Source: Candidatus Woesearchaeota archaeon
GTDB taxonomy: Archaea; Nanobdellota; Nanobdellia; Pacearchaeales; GW2011-AR1
Direction: 5' to 3'
Length of the DNA stretch: 37,150 bases
Assembly: GCA_964440825.1 (NCBI GenBank)
Contig: CAYYKU010000002.1
Location: forward strand, 1-37,150
Positions 31,817-37,150 of the stretch are shown piece by piece. Under the pieces are notes generated by a model. It made no database searches and was not told the origin of the DNA. It saw only the letters and a program-made list of their open reading frames with translations. Numbering within the stretch: position 1 is the stretch's first letter; every line of letters starts with the position of its first letter. Both the position numbers and the translations under genes were made by a program.

Positions 31817-32476
31817 TCAAAATACCTTCACATGTTTAAATAAACTTCTATACATCTTTAACAGCGCAAAATAAGTAACTGTTCCAAAAAAGACCCACCT
31901 AAGTGCGATTAATATGATATATTGAATTGAATAAGAAGGTATGCCTAGAAAACTATATGTGGCTGAATTTTCAAAATTTACATCGCAAGAGTAGAAAATA
32001 CAATTTATATTATCGTCCTGGGCAGAAAAAAAGAAAGGCATTATCATTGTAAATAAAAGAATACCTACTGCCACAAAATATCCCTTTCTATTAAATCCAT
32101 ACAAAATAGTTGCATAAATTGCAATAGGTATAAGGGCTAAGTGGATAATTACTGAGGGTAAAATAGATAAAATTGGCAAAGAAAACATCCATGTAGTTCT
32201 TCCAAAACCACCAAAACCTAAAATTTTTATAGCAAAATCCAATATCCAAAAAAACTGGGCAGGTATTGCAGTTATTAGAACTCCGCTAATCAAATAATTT
32301 TTTTTAAATAAGATACCTAATGAAAGGAGAATCGCTGCAAAATCGCAATACCATAAAATCTCAGTCCAACCATCGCTCCAATAAAAAAAATTAATTGAAA
32401 CATTAAAAATAATAAATAAAATTAGTAAAACAGCGATAATATTCAAAAGTTTTTCATAGAATATTTTATTTTTCAT
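31817..32476 (-). CDS. polytopic membrane protein (hypothetical) inside the polyamine operon
   Basis: About 6 TM helices. It overlaps the upstream gene by 11 nt and ends 3 nt before speH. Confidence 0.55.
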   Translation of the reverse strand: MKNKIFYEKLLNIIAVLLILFIIFNVSINFFYWSDGWTEILWYCDFAAILLSLGILFKKNYLISGVLITAIPAQFFWILDFAIKILGFGGFGRTTWMFSLPILSILPSVIIHLALIPIAIYATILYGFNRKGYFVAVGILLFTMIMPFFFSAQDDNINCIFYSCDVNFENSATYSFLGIPSYSIQYIILIALRWVFFGTVTYFALLKMYRSLFKHVKVF

Positions 32477-34043
32477 TCTTTATTAACATCCTATAACTCG
32501 GTTTAAACACACTATTTACAGAAACATATTCGGAAAAAACAAACATTTTCCAAGTTAAATCGCTATAAATTTGAGACAATTGATAAACATAATCGCTTTT
32601 AGAAATGTCTATTTTTCTAGAATTATTATTTGAAAATATAAGATAATCTTCAACAGGGAATCTAGTCTCACCAACCTTGTATGAGCTATAATTTATAAAG
32701 TATTCAAAATCTGAAGCAGCAAGAGTGTTCATTAAAATTTCTGCATATTCTGGATTTTCCCTAAAAGAGTAAACCCAGGCAATTGCCATCCCATTATCTT
32801 TTAATACTCTATTAACAGACAAGAAAAATTCTCGAGAGTAAAGCGGTAGCAGCTTATCTTCTTTCAAACCTGGTAAATCCAATATAACCAAATCATATTT
32901 ATTTTGTGTATTTTTAATATATGAAAAACCATCTCCAATAGTTAAATTAAGTAGTGGATAATCAAAAGAGTTATTTTGATATTTTGAAACAAACTCGCTA
33001 TTTTTTCCATATTCTACAAATTCCTTATCAATATCTACCTGGTCAACACGAACACCGTATTTGCTAAGGTAATTTACTGCAATGCCATCTCCTCCTCCTA
33101 TTAAAAGAACACTTATGTCGGTGGTATTCTCAAAAAAAGCCATTGGAACATCAACAAGGCCTGCATGATATTCATGCACCCAGCTATCGCACAGTTGTAT
33201 ATGTCCATCAATATTCATGCAAGTGTTATTTAATTCATGTGCCATTCCTTGATTTAGAACAATAGAATAAAGAAAAACCATTTGATAGGGAGTAAATACC
33301 ACTTCTTTTACATTCACAGCTATACTTTCAAAAAACCATCCGGAGTAAAAATTTAAAATTGAATTAGAAAGATAAACCTTCATTAAATAATCTGAAACCG
33401 CAGAAATATTTACCAAGATTAATATAAAAACCAAAATTAAAAAAGAAAAAAATACAGTAAGGGGAATATTTCTTTTTCTATATAAAAACATAAACAGTAA
33501 AAGTGCGACGAATAAATTAGTAAATGCGACTATCGCAGAAGAGAAAATAAGCCCCTGGTATGGATACAAAACTAAAGAATAAATAACTGTTCCGGCCAGA
33601 CTTCCAAAATAATCAACTCCTAAAACTTGAGAATATACTGAGCTTTTCTCACCTGCAAAAAAAGAAAGAAGAGGCAAATCAAGGCCACTAAGAATTCCAA
33701 TTAATGCAATAGGGATATTAGAGAGTATAACTCTCAATAAATGGGGTAAAAATCCAAAATAACTATTTAGAAAGATAATAAAAACAACACCGAAAAAACC
33801 TACAACCGAAAGACCAATTTCTACAAACACGAAAAATTTCTTTTTATCATATTTTTCAAGATAATTATATAAAAAAGAGCCAACACCTAAACAAAACAAG
33901 AATAAACCAATAGTAATTGAATATCTTAGTACTGTTCCACCAAAGATAACTGTTAACAATTGAGCATAAACCAACTCATAGATAATTGTACAAAATGAAA
34001 CTAAAAAAGTAACTGCAAAAACTAGAGCATTTTTAAGCTGCAT
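32466..34043 (-). CDS. speE: spermidine-synthase-like aminopropyltransferase with N-terminal multi-TM domain
   Basis: The N-terminal ~220 aa form about 7 TM helices. The C-terminal domain carries VLLIGGGDGIAVNYL and DLVILDLPG...LYSREFF. Confidence 0.75.
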   Translation of the reverse strand: MQLKNALVFAVTFLVSFCTIIYELVYAQLLTVIFGGTVLRYSITIGLFLFCLGVGSFLYNYLEKYDKKKFFVFVEIGLSVVGFFGVVFIIFLNSYFGFLPHLLRVILSNIPIALIGILSGLDLPLLSFFAGEKSSVYSQVLGVDYFGSLAGTVIYSLVLYPYQGLIFSSAIVAFTNLFVALLLFMFLYRKRNIPLTVFFSFLILVFILILVNISAVSDYLMKVYLSNSILNFYSGWFFESIAVNVKEVVFTPYQMVFLYSIVLNQGMAHELNNTCMNIDGHIQLCDSWVHEYHAGLVDVPMAFFENTTDISVLLIGGGDGIAVNYLSKYGVRVDQVDIDKEFVEYGKNSEFVSKYQNNSFDYPLLNLTIGDGFSYIKNTQNKYDLVILDLPGLKEDKLLPLYSREFFLSVNRVLKDNGMAIAWVYSFRENPEYAEILMNTLAASDFEYFINYSSYKVGETRFPVEDYLIFSNNNSRKIDISKSDYVYQLSQIYSDLTWKMFVFSEYVSVNSVFKPSYRMLIKNEK

Positions 34044-34098
34044 AACTTGGCCTCTTTTCCATAAAATGAAATACCTTAACTATTTTATAAACATTATG

Positions 34099-34506
34099 TT
34101 AGCTATCCTTCTTATTTGAAGAATCTTTGTTCTGTTTCAAACTTGCCTCAACATCTATCATATATTTTCCTTCTTCTAACTTGAAAACTATAGGTTTCCT
34201 ACTCAATAAAGAAACTAAATCAATCTCATATTTCCCTGGAGCAACAACCCTTACTGACTCAATATCTAGAATAACAGGCATCTCCTCATCTTCAACTTTC
34301 AATATTTCCCTAACGTCTGATTCTACTTTCTCTTTTTGAGCAGAACTAAACTCTTGTAAAGGAACTTGCGCCTGCTCTCTCATTCTCTGAGCAACTTCAT
34401 CACGAATATAAAAAAAGAATCTACTTCCACATTTAGAACATCCATCTAAGATTTCCTTACTACCTATATCTATTATTTTACTGCAGTGTACGCATTGATG
34501 TGGCAT
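34099..34506 (-). CDS. archaeal Zn-ribbon protein (DUF2072/COG3364-like)
   Basis: CVHC...(14 aa)...CSKCGSRFFFYI at the N-terminus, followed by an acidic linker. Confidence 0.6.
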   Translation of the reverse strand: MPHQCVHCSKIIDIGSKEILDGCSKCGSRFFFYIRDEVAQRMREQAQVPLQEFSSAQKEKVESDVREILKVEDEEMPVILDIESVRVVAPGKYEIDLVSLLSRKPIVFKLEEGKYMIDVEASLKQNKDSSNKKDS

Positions 34507-34582
34507 ATTAGAACCTCTTTACTAACAAAAAATAGAATATCCAACGCTTAATAAATGTTATTATGATAATTTAATCTAATTA

Positions 34583-34987
34583 CTATCTTCGTTTCAACAT
34601 TAATTCAATCTTTTTTGGATCTTTCTTAATTTCCTTAACAAAGGTAGCCGGACCTATTAAAGTAATAGCATCCTGTTCTCCAACTAAAATTCTAGCAATA
34701 TTATGTCTCACTTTGTCAAAAACAGTCTGATCAGTATCTCCAGATAAAGTAGAAATCTCAACCCCTTGGAATCCTTTCAAATTTCCAATAAGTGCCATTG
34801 TAGTTTCAATTAACTTAGTTTCTTCCTCAGGTTTTAATCTGCCTTGTAAGATAACTATTCTATTTTCTAAAATTAAACCCATTAATTTCTTTATTCTCCC
34901 CATGCTATCTTCTTTAGCAATTTCAGAATAGGGCATAAAATGTATAGTCAAGTCTTTATTATTCCCTTTAGCCTCTTTTTTAACCAT
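34583..34987 (-). CDS. DUF2073-like protein partnered with the GTPase
   Basis: It starts immediately after the GTPase stop. The motif VILQGRLKPEEETKLIETTMALI...FQGVEI matches my recollection of that archaeal family. Confidence 0.55.
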   Translation of the reverse strand: MVKKEAKGNNKDLTIHFMPYSEIAKEDSMGRIKKLMGLILENRIVILQGRLKPEEETKLIETTMALIGNLKGFQGVEISTLSGDTDQTVFDKVRHNIARILVGEQDAITLIGPATFVKEIKKDPKKIELMLKRR

Positions 34988-35653
34988 TTACCTCACCTTT
35001 TTTACTAATTTAAATATCTCGTCGTAAAAGTTATCAATACCTTCGCCACTCTTTGCAGAGATCCCTACAACTTTATACTCTGGGAATGCAGCTTCTATCT
35101 TCTTAATATCTGACTTTTTTAAATCTACCTTGTTAGCAACAATTAAAACAGGAATATTTCTTGCAGCAAGATTTCCAATAATAGTGATATTAACTTGGGA
35201 ATAAGGGTTCTCAGAAGAGTCAAGAACAATCACAACTGCATCCATATCATCTAACCATTTAATAGACTCAATAATACCTTGTGTAGCTTCTTTAGCCCTT
35301 GAATGTGCCTCTTTCTTACTCAAACCAAATGCTAAAAACTCCTCATAATCAATCTTTGTTGCAATACCAGGAGTATCTATCAATTTGAATTCTAATTTCT
35401 TACCATTTTTTTCAATTTCAACTTTCTCTTTAAACTGGACACTTCTTGTTTCATGAGGAACCTTACTAACAGAACCTATGTCCTCTCCAAGCCAGTCTTG
35501 ACATATCTTATTAGCTAAACTCGTCTTGCCAGCATTAGGCGGCCCATAGAAACCAAGTTTAACCTGTCCTTGAGACTTGAAAAACTTCATCCACAATTTT
35601 TTTGTAAACTCTTTAAGCTTATTCATCACCATGCTATTTTTATTTTTTTTCAT
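34988..35653 (-). CDS. small GTP-binding protein (archaeal Era/Arf-like GTPase)
   Basis: G1 GPPNAGKTS, G3 DTPG, G4 NKVD, G5 SAKSG. Confidence 0.85.
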   Translation of the reverse strand: MKKNKNSMVMNKLKEFTKKLWMKFFKSQGQVKLGFYGPPNAGKTSLANKICQDWLGEDIGSVSKVPHETRSVQFKEKVEIEKNGKKLEFKLIDTPGIATKIDYEEFLAFGLSKKEAHSRAKEATQGIIESIKWLDDMDAVVIVLDSSENPYSQVNITIIGNLAARNIPVLIVANKVDLKKSDIKKIEAAFPEYKVVGISAKSGEGIDNFYDEIFKLVKKVR

Positions 35654-35707
35654 GTTTATTAATCTTTGGATTATTTATAATCCTATTAAATTTATAATAG
35701 GTCCTTT

Positions 35708-37150
35708 CTATCTTCTATAGATATTTCTTCCAGAGTTACCTGTAAAATTTCCCGGAGCTCTTCTTTGAGGAGGCATATGTTCAAAATTTGCTGAGGGTGC
35801 AGGAACCTTGACGTTCCTTACTTTCTCTGCCTTTTTCATTTCATAATAAGCTATAATTTTTTGAACTGGTAAAATTTCATACATACCTGTATTTCTTCCT
35901 TCTGATTTCTTAATAGCATAATCTATCTGTTCCCCAGTCCAACCATTGGAAGCAAGCGCGGAAGCAATTGAATTTCTATTAGCCCCATTTAATTTTGAAT
36001 TATTAATAAAAGCAAGTAAATTAAAAATGAAAGCCCGATCCTTAAATAAATATTCTTCATACTTTACTACATACCATAATTGTAATATTGTGTAAACAAT
36101 CAGCATAAAAAGCAAAACACCTACAATTGCCAAAGTAGTTGGCAAAATAGCTCTGCAATCTTGAGGACAATTGCTAGAATTTTCGCCATCTTGTTTTTGA
36201 CAAACATCATTAACAATACAAACAGAAATATCTTCTTCCGCTTGTAAAACACCTAAAGAGGGAGAAATAAACATGACAAGATCATCCTCTCCAGAATAAT
36301 ATACTGAAAACTCTAGAGATTGCATCGGAGAAACTTGAATATAAGAAGTATCTGCATCAAGCTCTTTTACATCGACACCCATACTAAAAGATAAACTAGA
36401 AGCGGGTTTTTTAAATATAAAATAAGAATCCTGGTCTGAAGAAGATTTTAAACTAAATGTATAGTATACTAAAATTTTTTCTACATCATTATTTTTTTTA
36501 ATCACTTCAAATTTTTTCCTAACAATATTAGAATTAATATTAATAAGTTGCCATGCAAAAATAGGGGCCGCATATTTGTCTAAATTAGAATAATTTCCAG
36601 GTTTAATTTTTTGAATTATTGAAGGATCTATTTCTGAATAGGAAGAGGCTAATGAACTCGTACGAGTTTCATATTCAAAAATAGAATAGGGGATATCTAA
36701 TGCATCTACTTTATACACTAGATCTAAATAATCCTCTGGAGAAACTACCTTTACACGGTCAATCTCTAATTGGTTTAATCCATTTTGAAGAGAATCATAT
36801 TCTATTTTTTGTTTAATCACTTCCCTTATTGAATAAGGCAAGCCTTCAATTTTTAAACTGAGGTTATTAAATAAATTTCTTTTAAATGATATGGAATCAT
36901 TAACATAAACTTCTGGAGAAACAGTATTTATAATAAAATATTTAGATATTGATGAATTTTTACCAAAAACATTAACTGTAAGATTATACCTAGATGAAAC
37001 ATTATTATATTTATGAGTAGTATATGGAGTATTTGACTCAACTGTTGGAGTCCCATCGCCAAAATTCCAAACTACTTTACTAAAATCACCCCCAATATTA
37101 GCATAAAAATAAACATCAATCCCTGCAGGAGGATTAGTAGGATAAATGCT
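35708..37150 (-). CDS. PKD-domain surface protein with C-terminal TM anchor and cytoplasmic tail (5' end outside window)
   Basis: The track start 36841 is an internal TTG. Hand translation shows the frame stays open to position 37150. The upstream part reads ...VVWNFGDGTPTVESNTPYTTHKYNNVSSRYNLTVNVFG, a classic PKD signature. Downstream come CQKQDGENSSNCPQDC and the TM helix AIVGVLLFMLIVYTILQLWYVV. Confidence 0.7.
   Translation of the reverse strand, partial: SIYPTNPPAGIDVYFYANIGGDFSKVVWNFGDGTPTVESNTPYTTHKYNNVSSRYNLTVNVFGKNSSISKYFIINTVSPEVYVNDSISFKRNLFNNLSLKIEGLPYSIREVIKQKIEYDSLQNGLNQLEIDRVKVVSPEDYLDLVYKVDALDIPYSIFEYETRTSSLASSYSEIDPSIIQKIKPGNYSNLDKYAAPIFAWQLININSNIVRKKFEVIKKNNDVEKILVYYTFSLKSSSDQDSYFIFKKPASSLSFSMGVDVKELDADTSYIQVSPMQSLEFSVYYSGEDDLVMFISPSLGVLQAEEDISVCIVNDVCQKQDGENSSNCPQDCRAILPTTLAIVGVLLFMLIVYTILQLWYVVKYEEYLFKDRAFIFNLLAFINNSKLNGANRNSIASALASNGWTGEQIDYAIKKSEGRNTGMYEILPVQKIIAYYEMKKAEKVRNVKVPAPSANFEHMPPQRRAPGNFTGNSGRNIYRR

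Noticed and set aside
1-37150. CRISPR arrays, rRNA/tRNA genes, IS elements, integrases, or prophage boundaries.
   Set aside because: No spacer-repeat periodicity was seen. Apart from the 340-bp 22870-23210 gap (treated separately), the spacers are ~150 bp or shorter and AT-rich without cloverleaf-like GC stems. No transposase or integrase motifs, and no long terminal inverted repeats, were seen by eye. A computational repeat, tRNAscan or Infernal pass would be needed to be certain.

Overview
This is an AT-rich, very gene-dense chromosomal fragment with about 40 genes and no rRNA, tRNA, CRISPR array, transposase or integrase that I can see. Three information-processing genes mark it as archaeal: an archaeal-type TyrRS (1222-2370), aIF5B (24005-25747) and a class I CCA-adding enzyme (30231-31457). 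Promoter architecture agrees: an 8-nt A/T box sits a fixed 29 nt upstream of about 20 start codons, which implies leaderless mRNAs. The small-genome style, with ATGA start/stop overlaps and TTAA convergent stop overlaps, together with many Cys-rich or Ig-like surface proteins, suggests a DPANN-like archaeon. That assignment is inference only.

Recognisable housekeeping and metabolic genes:
- gmk, tyrS, infB (aIF5B) and cca.
- A speH / membrane protein / membrane-fused spermidine-synthase-like operon.
- A FAD-linked oxidase with separate CCG-domain and 2x[4Fe-4S] proteins, resembling a split GlcD/GlcF.
- DHH, HD and EEP phosphoesterases.
- A MarC-family protein, an AI-2E-family transporter and a thioredoxin-CcdA fusion.
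- A Cas4-like PD-(D/E)XK nuclease and a P-loop kinase.

Loci most worth a second look:
1. 2373-5874: a receptor-like membrane protein whose cytoplasmic class III cyclase-homology domain appears to have lost all catalytic residues. Two tandem paralogues and an orphan CheY-like receiver follow it.
2. 5946-10260: an SNF2 helicase ATGA-coupled to a coiled-coil partner, divergent from an HExxH protein and a degenerate PRTase-like protein.
3. 11355-16035: six genes chained by five consecutive ATGA overlaps, mixing a redox enzyme with three phosphoesterases.
4. 26118-30139: a 1045-aa secreted Cys-rich protein with a four-fold repeated module, coupled to a pilin-like protein.
5. 34099-35653: a small GTPase / DUF2073-like / Zn-ribbon trio next to a PKD-domain membrane protein that runs off the window.

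I revised several ORF-track starts using promoter, Shine-Dalgarno and overlap geometry. All domain calls come from motif recognition by eye. No database search was run.
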